A stretch of 32,000 bases of DNA, from positions 2,130,001 to 2,162,000 of the forward strand of contig NC_008789.1 of the NCBI RefSeq assembly GCF_000015585.1. The letters run 5' to 3'. Both the position numbers and the translations under genes were made by a program. The DNA comes from Halorhodospira halophila SL1. Lineage in GTDB: Bacteria > Pseudomonadota > Gammaproteobacteria > Nitrococcales > Halorhodospiraceae. The notes beneath the pieces are model-generated. The model was not told the DNA's origin, ran no database searches, and saw only the letters and a list, made by a program, of their open reading frames with translations. The first letter of the stretch is position 1, and every line of letters begins with the position of its first letter. Below are positions 1-7,437 of this stretch, piece after piece.

Positions 1-1
1 C

Positions 2-358
2 GGTGCCGCCGAGGCGTGGACACCGCTCTTCCACGAGTCCCTCCAGCGCCTGCTGGCCCTGACCGAGGACACGGTGGTCCTGCCCGGTCACGCCACCGAC
101 GCCGGCATCGCCGACGAACGCGGGCGCTTCAGCGCCGAGCTCGGCGCCCTGCACCGCAGCAACCCCGGTCTCCGCCAGGTCGATGCCGGCCTGGAGTCGT
201 TCCGCAGCTACATCCTCGGCAGCCTGCCCCACTTCCCCGAGGCGTATATCGAGATCAAACGGGTGAACATCGGCCTCGCCCACCCCGACGAGACCGAAGC
301 CCGGCGCCTGGAGGTGGGGAAGAACGTCTGTGCCCTGAGCGAGGCCGCGGCCGCCTGA
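2..358 (+). CDS. MBL-fold metallo-hydrolase, C-terminal fragment (5' end lies outside the window)
   Basis: The frame is open from the window edge to TGA at 356-358. The translation ...LALTEDTVVLPGHATDAG... carries the late 'PGH' histidine motif typical of metallo-beta-lactamase-fold enzymes. GC3 is high. Confidence 0.6.
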   Translation, partial: GAAEAWTPLFHESLQRLLALTEDTVVLPGHATDAGIADERGRFSAELGALHRSNPGLRQVDAGLESFRSYILGSLPHFPEAYIEIKRVNIGLAHPDETEARRLEVGKNVCALSEAAAA

Positions 359-458
359 GGGCGGCCCGGCCAACGGTACCCCGTTGGGGATATTTGCATG
401 ACATATGCGCGCGTCATGATGGACGGCGCATCTGCAAAGACCAGCAGGGGACCCCGCG

Positions 459-1946
459 ATGGATCACTACCCGATCTTCCTCAACCTCCACGGCCGGCAC
501 TGCGTGGTGATCGGCGGCAACGAGACCGCCGCGCGCAAGGGCGAAGACCTGCTCGACAGTGGCGCGATCATCACCCTGATCGCCCCGGATCTCGGCGGAG
601 ACTGTGAGGATTTGCTGCAGCGCTACCCCGACCGGGCCCACCACCGCGCCGAGGACTACAAGCCCGGCATGGAGCAGGGGGCCGCGCTGGTGCTCAGTGC
701 CAGCGGCCACGACGCCACCGACCGGCTGGTGTACCGGCAGTGCACCCGGCTGGGCATCCCGGTTAACACCGTGGACCGCCCCGAGTACTGCAGCTACATC
801 ACCCCAGCGGTGGTCGACCGCTCTCCCCTACAGGTGGCCATCACCAGCGGGGGCGCCGCCCCGGTGCTGGCCCGTCAGGTGCGCAGCCAGATAGAGACGC
901 TGCTGCCCACCGCCTACGGGCGGCTGGCCGCCCTCGCCGGGCGTCTGCGCGAGCGCGTGGCCGCCGTCCTGCCCACCGGCCGACAACGGCTGCGCTTCTG
1001 GGAGCAGGTCTTCGACGGCCCGGCCGCCGAGTCGATGCTGGCCGGACGGGAACGGGAGGCCGAACAGGCCATGCTGGAGCTACTGCGCCGGGAGCAGGCG
1101 CGCCGCGACGAGCGCGGCGAGGTCTATCTGGTCGGTGCCGGCCCCGGCGACCCCGACCTGCTGACTTTCCGCGCGCTGCGCCTGATGCAGCGGGCCGATG
1201 TGGTGCTCTACGACCACCTGGCCGCACCCGGCCTGCTGCGCCTGGTGCGCAAGGATGCCGAGCGGATCCCCGTCGGCAAGCGCCGCGGTCAGCACACCCT
1301 CCCCCAGGAGGCGATCAACGACAAGCTCATCGAACTGGCCGCCGCCGGCAAACGGGTACTGCGGCTCAAGGGCGGCGATCCGTTCATCTTCGGTCGCGGC
1401 GGCGAGGAGATCGAGGGGCTGATCGAGCACGGCATCCCCTTCCAGGTCGTGCCCGCGGTGACCGCTGCCCAGGGCGCGGCGGCCTACGCCGGCATCCCCC
1501 TGACCCACCGGGACCACGCCCAGAGCTGTCGCTTCCTGACCGGCCACCGCCGCCACGGCGCCCTGGAACTGGGCCAGTGGGCGCCGTTCCGCAGCGACGA
1601 GACGCTGGTGGTCTACATGGGGCTGACCCACCTGGAGACGGTGAGTGCCCAGCTGCAGGCGGGGGGGCTACCGCCGGACCAGCCGGCCGCCGCCGTCGAT
1701 CAGGCCACCACCCCGGCCCAGCGGGTGATCACCGCCCCCCTGGCCGAGCTGCCGGAGCGGGTCCGCACGGCCCGCCTCCAGGGCCCGGCGCTGATCGTGG
1801 TCGGCGCCACGGTCACCCTCCAGCCACAGCTGGGCTGGTACCACAGCTCCCCCAACGCCGAACCCGCCTTCCCGGAGCACGGCTGCCTGCGCGGCGAGCC
1901 GCGGCCGACCCGCCACCCGGCACCGGCAGACACCGAGCAGGCCTGA
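459..1946 (+). CDS. cysG: Siroheme synthase CysG (precorrin-2 dehydrogenase/sirohydrochlorin ferrochelatase fused to uroporphyrinogen-III C-methyltransferase)
   Basis: ATG at 459. The N-terminus MDHYPIFLNLHGRHCVVIGGNETAARK is a Rossmann CysG-N domain. The central VYLVGAGPGDPDLLTFRALRLMQRADVVLYD...LKGGDPFIFGRGGEE is a SUMT methyltransferase signature. The protein is 495 aa and has a Pro-rich C-terminal tail of about 35 aa. Confidence 0.93.
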   Translation: MDHYPIFLNLHGRHCVVIGGNETAARKGEDLLDSGAIITLIAPDLGGDCEDLLQRYPDRAHHRAEDYKPGMEQGAALVLSASGHDATDRLVYRQCTRLGIPVNTVDRPEYCSYITPAVVDRSPLQVAITSGGAAPVLARQVRSQIETLLPTAYGRLAALAGRLRERVAAVLPTGRQRLRFWEQVFDGPAAESMLAGREREAEQAMLELLRREQARRDERGEVYLVGAGPGDPDLLTFRALRLMQRADVVLYDHLAAPGLLRLVRKDAERIPVGKRRGQHTLPQEAINDKLIELAAAGKRVLRLKGGDPFIFGRGGEEIEGLIEHGIPFQVVPAVTAAQGAAAYAGIPLTHRDHAQSCRFLTGHRRHGALELGQWAPFRSDETLVVYMGLTHLETVSAQLQAGGLPPDQPAAAVDQATTPAQRVITAPLAELPERVRTARLQGPALIVVGATVTLQPQLGWYHSSPNAEPAFPEHGCLRGEPRPTRHPAPADTEQA

Positions 1947-1983
1947 CCCCCCGGCGGCTCCGCCGGTGCCCACCCCCAACGCA

Positions 1984-2025
1984 GGCACCGAAGCCCCGGA
2001 CCGAAATGGCCGGGGCTCCGGTGCC
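1984..2025. terminator. Long GC-rich stem-loop between convergent cysG and soeC (candidate bidirectional terminator)
   Basis: ggcaccgaagccccgg (1984-1999) pairs with ccggggctccggtgcc (2010-2025), giving 15 bp with one mismatch around a 10-nt loop. There is no U-tract. It sits between two convergent stop codons. Confidence 0.45.
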
Positions 2026-2061
2026 TCTGGATCGCACTGGGGACGGTGTAACTCGGCGCGC

Positions 2062-3000
2062 CTAGAGCCGCGCCTCGTGGTAGTAGAGACGGACCGTGTG
2101 CCGGGCCTCGGCGAAGACCAGCCAGCGCTCGATGAGGGCGCCGAGCACCGCCACGGCCGCCGCCACGTAGGCCCAGAGCACCCCCGCACCCAGGGCCACC
2201 GCGCTCAGCGCGGCGATCGGCAGTGCGAAGGTGACCACGAGGGCCACACCCCGGTAGAACTGCGCCCGCCCCTCGGGCAGGGGGTACTGGAACTCCCAGG
2301 TGAGGAAATTGCCGGCGGTGTGGCCGCCGTCGACCAGGCGCACCGGCCCGCTGCTCAGCCCCAGGGCCGTGCTCTTGCTGGAGCTGCCCGGGCGGCGATT
2401 CCACAGGTACCAGGCCGTCTTGGTGACCGCCGCCCCACCCAGCAGGCCGACCCCCATCGCAGCGGCCGGGGCAGGATCAGCGCCGAAGAAACCGCGCACG
2501 GCGGCGAGAACGGCGGCGCCGAGGCCCAGACCGATGAGCAGGTAGTTCACCGGGGTGAGCCCCTGGCTCCACTCCCGGATGGCTCGGACACAGGCGTAGA
2601 TCATGCCCGTCGCTGCCACGGTGGCCAGGGCCAGCACCGCAGTCAGACCGGCAAAGAAAACGGTGACCGCGTTGTGCTCCAGCCCGAGCAGGAAGTAGGG
2701 CCCGACATAGAACAGGGCCACCGGATAGAAGAGTACGGCCAGCACCGCCTCCCGGGAGAGCCAGGAGGTCCGGAACCGGGCGAACGAGCGCCAGGCGTTG
2801 CGCGGGTTGGCCAGGTGACCGGCGGAGGACATCAGGCCGACAGTGATCAGCACCGCCGCGATGGCGACCGCCGCCAGAAGCTCCTGCTGCCCCACGGGGC
2901 CGCCGAGGGCGAAGACATCGGTCAGGGCGAACAGCGCCATGAACCCGTAGCCGGTGCCCGAGAGCACCGTGAAGAAGACGACGGACCAGGCCGGATGCAT
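2062..3000 (-). CDS. soeC: Membrane anchor subunit of a molybdopterin oxidoreductase (NrfD/PsrC/DmsC-like; SoeC-type)
   Basis: A polytopic hydrophobic protein (MHPAWSVVFFTVLSGTGYGFMALFAL...). ATG at 3000 is preceded by a GAGGGAGGA Shine-Dalgarno sequence and lies 14 nt after the soeB stop. The longer ORF start at 3156 would overlap soeB and encodes Pro/Ala/Gly-rich low-complexity sequence. Confidence 0.85.
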   Translation of the reverse strand: MHPAWSVVFFTVLSGTGYGFMALFALTDVFALGGPVGQQELLAAVAIAAVLITVGLMSSAGHLANPRNAWRSFARFRTSWLSREAVLAVLFYPVALFYVGPYFLLGLEHNAVTVFFAGLTAVLALATVAATGMIYACVRAIREWSQGLTPVNYLLIGLGLGAAVLAAVRGFFGADPAPAAAMGVGLLGGAAVTKTAWYLWNRRPGSSSKSTALGLSSGPVRLVDGGHTAGNFLTWEFQYPLPEGRAQFYRGVALVVTFALPIAALSAVALGAGVLWAYVAAAVAVLGALIERWLVFAEARHTVRLYYHEARL

Positions 3001-3014
3001 GGGTGGATCCTCCC

Positions 3015-3728
3015 TCAGCGGTGAACGACGCGATTGGTCCAGTGCTGCACCGTTGCCGGGTCGGCCGCCGCCTGCCGCGGCGGGTCGGCCGCCTCGGGCA
3101 GCGGGCGGCTGGCCTGGGGCGGCCGCAACGGCAGGTAGTGGTTGACCGGCTGACACCCCATCTCCGGGAGCATCACGAAGCCACGGCGCTCCCGCACCAG
3201 CTGGCTGACCCGAGAATCCGGGTCGTCAAGGTCGCCGAAGTGCCGCGCCCGGGCTGGACAGGAGAGCACGCAGGCGGGCTGGCGCTCGTCTTCCGGGAGG
3301 CGATCGTCGTAGATCCGGTCGATGCACAGCGTGCACTTCTTCATCGTGCCGCTGGCGCCGTCGAGCTCCCGGCAGCCGTAGGGGCAGGCCCAGGCGCAGT
3401 AGTTGCAGCCCATGCACTTGGTCTCATCGACCAGCACGATCCCGTCGGCGTCCCGCTTGTAAGACGCCCCGGTGGGACAGACATCGACGCACGGCGGGTC
3501 ATCGCAGTGCATGCAGGAGACCGGCACGTTGACGGTCTTGCTGTTCGGATAGGTGCCCTCCTCGTAGTGGCGCACGCGGTTGAGCATCACCCCACTGGGA
3601 GCCTCGCCGTAGGGGTGGTAGTCGGTGAGCGGGCCCACCGTCCCCGAGGTGTTCCACTGCTTGCACGCCACGACGCAGGCGTGGCACCCGACGCAGGTAT
3701 CGAGATCGATGACCAGTCCCAGTCTCAT
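3015..3728 (-). CDS. soeB: 4Fe-4S ferredoxin-type iron-sulfur subunit of a molybdopterin oxidoreductase (SoeB-type)
   Basis: MRLGLVIDLDTCVGCHACVVACKQWN plus further CxxCxxCxxxCP clusters (CMGCNYCAWACP, CTLCIDR). There is no signal peptide. ATG at 3728 overlaps the soeA TGA (TGATG). The track start at 3731 is a TTG one codon upstream. Confidence 0.9.
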   Translation of the reverse strand: MRLGLVIDLDTCVGCHACVVACKQWNTSGTVGPLTDYHPYGEAPSGVMLNRVRHYEEGTYPNSKTVNVPVSCMHCDDPPCVDVCPTGASYKRDADGIVLVDETKCMGCNYCAWACPYGCRELDGASGTMKKCTLCIDRIYDDRLPEDERQPACVLSCPARARHFGDLDDPDSRVSQLVRERRGFVMLPEMGCQPVNHYLPLRPPQASRPLPEAADPPRQAAADPATVQHWTNRVVHR

Positions 3729-6649
3729 CAACGCCCCCGGCTTAGAATGTCGCGCATGGAGCGGTGCAGGCGCACCGCATGGTGGGTTGCGTACCGCAGG
3801 AACTTCAGCGGTCCGTTATCGACCCCCGGCGGCGGGGTCAGGTCGGCGAACTGGGGGTGGGAGACCCCGCCCTCGCCAGGAGCCGCCTTGTGGATGCGCA
3901 CCTGGAGGTCGTACCAGGCCGCCTGCCCGGTAATCGGGTCGGAGTTGCTCAACGGCTTCTCGTCCCCGTTGCGCGGCAGCCGGTCATCGATCAGGTGATT
4001 GAGCAGGAAACCGCGGGTGGCCTCCGGCCCGCCCGGCTCCAGTCCCCAGGCGCCGGAGCGCTTGCCCACCGCGTTCCAGGTCCACACGGTGTCGGCCTGA
4101 ACGCCCTCGACCAGCTGCAGCGGAACACAGATCCGCCCCCGGTGGGACTCCACCCAGACCCAGTCACCGTCCTCGAAGCCCAGCGCCTCGCCCCGCGCCC
4201 GGTTCATGTACAGGACGTTGTCGGCCATGATCTGGCGCAGCCAGGCGTTCTGGCTGTCCCAGGCGTGATACTGGGTCATGGGGCGCTGGGTGATGGCGTG
4301 GAAGGTATACCCCTGCCCCGCCAGGCGCGTCTGCTCCAGCGGCGGGTAGTAGAAGGGCAGCGGGTCGCAGTAGGCGAGGATGCGCTCGCGATCCACCGGA
4401 TCCTCGGGCTGCGGCCCGTCGTAGAGGCCCTGACCGGCCAGCCGGAAGCGCTGCAGGGGCTCGGAGTAGACATTCATCACCATCGGCTCGGCGGAGCCGT
4501 TGATCCCGGCCTCCTCGGCCCACTCCAGGTACCCCTTGTTGGCGAACTTATAGAACTGGTGCGAGAGCGGCAGCTCGTACTGGAAGAAACCGCCGTTCTC
4601 GATGTAACGCTCCCACTGCTGCGGGTTGGGCTCGCCGCGCAGCGGTTTGCTGCCGTCCTCACCCCGCCAGCCGGCCAGGAAGCCGACCCCGGGGGCCTTC
4701 TCGAAGCGGACGATGAAGTCCTCGTAACCGCTGTACTTCGGGCTGCCATCCGCCTCGGTGAACGCCGGCAGCCCCAGGCGGGCACCGAGTTCGATCATCA
4801 CCTCCTGCCAGGGGCGCGCCTCGCCCTCCGGCTCGAGGATCGGCTGACGGATGGCATCCGCCGGTCCCTCGGCGGTGGAGATCGGTCGGTCGAGCATGGA
4901 GATGCAGTCGTGGCGCTCCAGATAGGTGGTATCCGGCAGCACCAGATCGGCGTACTGCACCGTCTCGGAGTGGAAGGCGTCCACCACCACCAGATAGGGG
5001 ATGCGGTAATCCCCGTTATCGTCCCGGGCGCACAGCATCTCCTGAACGCTGGCGGTGTTCATGGTGGAGTTCCAGGCCATGTTGGCCATGAACAGCATCA
5101 GCGTATCGATGGGGTACGGATCCCCGTCGTGGGCGTTGCTGATAACGGTGTGCATCTTGCCGTGGGGCGAGACCGGGGCCTCCCAGGAGAACGCCTTGTC
5201 GATCCGCAGCGGCCGCCCCTCGCCGTCGATGACCAGGTCCTCCGGGGCCACCGGGAACCCCAGCGGCGAGGCCGACAGCGGCGTCTCCGGCGCCGTCTCC
5301 CGGGCCGGGCGCAGCGGCGGCGGGATCGGCTTCGGGTACGGGGGCTTGGCACGGTGCCCGCCGGGGCAGTCCACCGAGCCGAGCAGCAGCTGCAGAAGGT
5401 GCAGCGCCCGGGCCGCCTGGAAGCCGTTGGAGTGGGCGGAGACACCCCGCATGGCGTGCATGGAGACCGGCCGCCCGATGAACCGGTCGTGCTCACGCCC
5501 GGCCCAATCGGTCCACTGGCACTCGATCTCGATGGTCTCCTGGAAGGCGACGTGGGCCATCTCGGCGGCCAGGCGCTCGATGGTCTCCGCCGGGACGCCG
5601 CAGACCTCGGCGGCCTGATCCGGCGCGTACTGCGGATCCAGATACCGCTCGGCCAGGAGGGTCATGGCCGTCTTCACCGGTCGACCGTCCGGGGCCGTCC
5701 AGGCACCGAAGAGCGCCGGCGCAATCTCGGCCCGGGTGCCGTCGACGAAGTCCTCCCGCTCGAGATCCCGGACCAACGGCGCGCCCTGCTCGTCGCGCAG
5801 GAACAGGCCGTCGCCAGCCTGCCCCGGGGTCTGCACCACCAGGTAGGGGGCGTTGGTGTAGCGGATCAGGTAGTCCCAGTCGAACTGGCCGTCCCGCAGC
5901 AGGCAGTGGATCAGCGCCATGGCCAGCATGCCGTCGGTGCCCGGGCGGATGGGCACCCACTCATCGGCAACGGCCTGGTAGCCGGTGCGCACCGGATTGA
6001 TGGCAACGAAGCGCCCACCCCGGCGTTTGAGGGTGTCGATGCCCAGCTTGAAGGGGTTGGAGGCGTGGTCCTCGGCGGTCCCCCAGAGCAGGAAGTAGCG
6101 GGTGCGCTCGAAGTCCGGATCGCCGAACTCCCAGAAGGCGTGACCCAGGGTGTAGAGGCCGGCCGCGGCCATGTTCACCGAGCAGAAGCCGCCGTGGGCG
6201 GCCCAGTTGATGGTCCCGAACTGCGTAGCCCAGAGCCCGGTCAGCGCCTGCATCTGGTCGCGGCCGGTGAAGTAGGCGAGCTTCTTCGGATCCTCGGCGC
6301 GGATGCGGCGGAGGCGCTCGGTGAGTTCGTCCAGGGCGGTCTCCCAGGAGATCTCCTCGAAGGCGCCCTCTCCCCGTTCGCTACCGGGCTTGCGACGCAG
6401 CGGGCGACGAAGCTTGGCCCGCGAGTTCTGCTTCATGATGCCGGCGTTGCCCTTGGCGCAGAGCACGCCGCGATTAACCGGGTGATCCGGATTGCCCTGG
6501 ATGAAACGGATCTGACCGTCCTCCAGGGTGACCTGGATACCGCAGCGACAGGCACACATGTAGCAGGTGGTATAGCGGACTTCCTGGCGGTCCCGAGGTT
6601 CAAGACGAGCGGGATCGTCCGCCACCTCGGCTTGCGGGGTGACGCTCAT
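3728..6649 (-). CDS. soeA: Molybdopterin (bis-MGD) oxidoreductase catalytic subunit without Tat signal; SoeA-type cytoplasmic sulfite dehydrogenase
   Basis: The N-terminal Cys motif CYMCACRCG...(27 aa)...C fits CX2CX3CX27C for a [4Fe-4S] cluster. There is no twin-arginine leader. It is about 973 aa from ATG 6649, which follows a GGAGG Shine-Dalgarno sequence. It is followed by FeS and NrfD-like subunits. The architecture matches SoeABC described in Allochromatium vinosum. Confidence 0.85.
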   Translation of the reverse strand: MSVTPQAEVADDPARLEPRDRQEVRYTTCYMCACRCGIQVTLEDGQIRFIQGNPDHPVNRGVLCAKGNAGIMKQNSRAKLRRPLRRKPGSERGEGAFEEISWETALDELTERLRRIRAEDPKKLAYFTGRDQMQALTGLWATQFGTINWAAHGGFCSVNMAAAGLYTLGHAFWEFGDPDFERTRYFLLWGTAEDHASNPFKLGIDTLKRRGGRFVAINPVRTGYQAVADEWVPIRPGTDGMLAMALIHCLLRDGQFDWDYLIRYTNAPYLVVQTPGQAGDGLFLRDEQGAPLVRDLEREDFVDGTRAEIAPALFGAWTAPDGRPVKTAMTLLAERYLDPQYAPDQAAEVCGVPAETIERLAAEMAHVAFQETIEIECQWTDWAGREHDRFIGRPVSMHAMRGVSAHSNGFQAARALHLLQLLLGSVDCPGGHRAKPPYPKPIPPPLRPARETAPETPLSASPLGFPVAPEDLVIDGEGRPLRIDKAFSWEAPVSPHGKMHTVISNAHDGDPYPIDTLMLFMANMAWNSTMNTASVQEMLCARDDNGDYRIPYLVVVDAFHSETVQYADLVLPDTTYLERHDCISMLDRPISTAEGPADAIRQPILEPEGEARPWQEVMIELGARLGLPAFTEADGSPKYSGYEDFIVRFEKAPGVGFLAGWRGEDGSKPLRGEPNPQQWERYIENGGFFQYELPLSHQFYKFANKGYLEWAEEAGINGSAEPMVMNVYSEPLQRFRLAGQGLYDGPQPEDPVDRERILAYCDPLPFYYPPLEQTRLAGQGYTFHAITQRPMTQYHAWDSQNAWLRQIMADNVLYMNRARGEALGFEDGDWVWVESHRGRICVPLQLVEGVQADTVWTWNAVGKRSGAWGLEPGGPEATRGFLLNHLIDDRLPRNGDEKPLSNSDPITGQAAWYDLQVRIHKAAPGEGGVSHPQFADLTPPPGVDNGPLKFLRYATHHAVRLHRSMRDILSRGR

Positions 6650-6685
6650 GGGCTGCCTCCATGGCCGGCTTGCGGGTGTGTCCCG

Positions 6686-6708
6686 GGGGTCGCCGTTGCG
6701 GCGACCCC
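6686..6708 (-). other. Perfect 9-bp GC stem-loop in the tusA-soeA intergenic spacer
   Basis: ggggtcgcc (6686-6694), a gttgc loop, then ggcgacccc (6700-6708). It lies between the tusA stop (6715) and the soeA ATG (6649). No U-tract follows on the transcribed strand. Confidence 0.5.
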
Positions 6709-6714
6709 ATCGGC

Positions 6715-6945
6715 TCAAGCGCGCTTGAGCCGGAAGTGGTAGGTGCCGTCCTCTTCCTTCTGCTCAAGCAGCTCGTGCCCGGTCTGCTTGCTGAAGGACT
6801 CAAAGTCCTTCACCGAGCCCGGATCGGTGGCCATGACGTAGAGCACCTCCCCGGCATTCATGGTGGCCAGCGTCTTCTTGGCCTTGAGGATGGGCAGCGG
6901 GCAGTTCAGCCCGGTGGCATCGAGGGATTGATCGAACTCCGCCAT
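6715..6945 (-). CDS. tusA: TusA/SirA-family sulfur carrier protein
   Basis: A 76-aa protein, MAEFDQSLDATGLNCPLPILKAKK..., with the conserved CPxP active-site Cys motif. GGAG precedes the ATG at 6945. Confidence 0.92.
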   Translation of the reverse strand: MAEFDQSLDATGLNCPLPILKAKKTLATMNAGEVLYVMATDPGSVKDFESFSKQTGHELLEQKEEDGTYHFRLKRA

Positions 6946-6957
6946 CTCCGGTGCTCC

Positions 6958-7149
6958 TCAGTTAGACGCGACGATGTGGTCGGTACGGCCTTCCAGGCCG
7001 TCTGCGTAACCCGCCTCATAGCGGTCGGTGATGCGCTGCTCTTCACGCTTGGGGTTCTGCAGATAGCCGCCAATCCAGCCGGCCATGTAGTCGGCATCGA
7101 CCCCCTGTTCCTCCATCCGCCGGACGGCGTCGTAGTACTCCCGATTCAT
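6958..7149 (-). CDS. Small acidic hypothetical protein (63 aa), first gene of the tusA-soeABC operon
   Basis: ATG 7149 follows a GAGAGG Shine-Dalgarno sequence. Codon usage has genome-typical high GC3. Its stop lies 12 nt before the tusA ATG, and that spacer carries the tusA Shine-Dalgarno sequence. I recognise no family. Confidence 0.6.
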   Translation of the reverse strand: MNREYYDAVRRMEEQGVDADYMAGWIGGYLQNPKREEQRITDRYEAGYADGLEGRTDHIVASN

Positions 7150-7437
7150 GGACCGCCTCTCTCAGCTGCCGTGTTGCGACGCTCTGTGGCCCGAAGAATG
7201 CCCATGTCCTGATATATGCAACAACCTGCCAAAGGGGAGACCGGGCCGGGGACGCCTATCCCCGAGGGGGTATTGCGCCTGCCACCGCTCCACCGCCCCC
7301 AGTGGCCTCTCCAAAAGGGAATAGTCCGGCGTGCCGGCTTTCACCCCCCAATGGGTATTCCGCCGATGGACGCGCGGTCCTAGTTTGGATTTTGACCCAT
7401 CGCAATCAACCACCCAAGGCAACCGAGGAGCCTGGCG
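7150..7437. promoter_or_regulatory. Divergent control region between orf63-tusA-soeABC (-) and soxB (+)
   Basis: A 288-bp non-coding gap between divergently oriented operons. It contains TATCCCCGAGGGGGTAT (7257-7273), CCAAAAGGGAATA (7311-7323), GCCAAAGGGG (7228-7237) and GGGTATTCC (7353-7361). Promoter positions were not resolved. Confidence 0.5.

Noticed and set aside
2062-6649. Periplasmic polysulfide/thiosulfate reductase (PsrABC/PhsABC) assignment for the three-subunit molybdoenzyme
   Set aside because: The catalytic subunit has no twin-arginine leader at either candidate start, and the FeS subunit has no signal peptide. The CX2CX3CX27C motif and the dsr/tusA context fit the cytoplasm-facing SoeABC type better. 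A phylogeny would be needed to be certain.
6650-6718. TTG start at 6718 for soeA (996-aa version), overlapping the tusA stop codon
   Set aside because: The extra 23 codons encode Arg/Pro/Trp-rich sequence and would contain the perfect 9-bp hairpin. ATG 6649 has a GGAGG Shine-Dalgarno sequence at proper spacing. It remains possible as a coupled start but is less likely.
3764-6742. 992-aa ORF on the plus strand opposite soeA. Similar very long antisense ORFs occur at 1966-3024 (+), 7444-9258 (-), 12138-13796 (+), 15077-16984 (-), 19688-20788 (-), 22310-23323 (-), 23841-25442 (-), 25455-27344 (-), 29179-30408 (-) and 30878-31957 (-).
   Set aside because: Each lies antisense to, or out of frame with, a gene whose product has clear family signatures. 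Their translations are Arg/Gly/Pro/Ala/Val-rich low-complexity strings with no motifs. Long stop-free antisense frames are expected at about 68-70% GC.
7162-7422. 86-aa minus-strand ORF, and a 148-aa plus-strand ORF at 7302-7748, in the soxB upstream region
   Set aside because: They have no Shine-Dalgarno sequence, atypical composition and no recognisable motifs. They span or overlap the divergent promoter region and the soxB 5' end.
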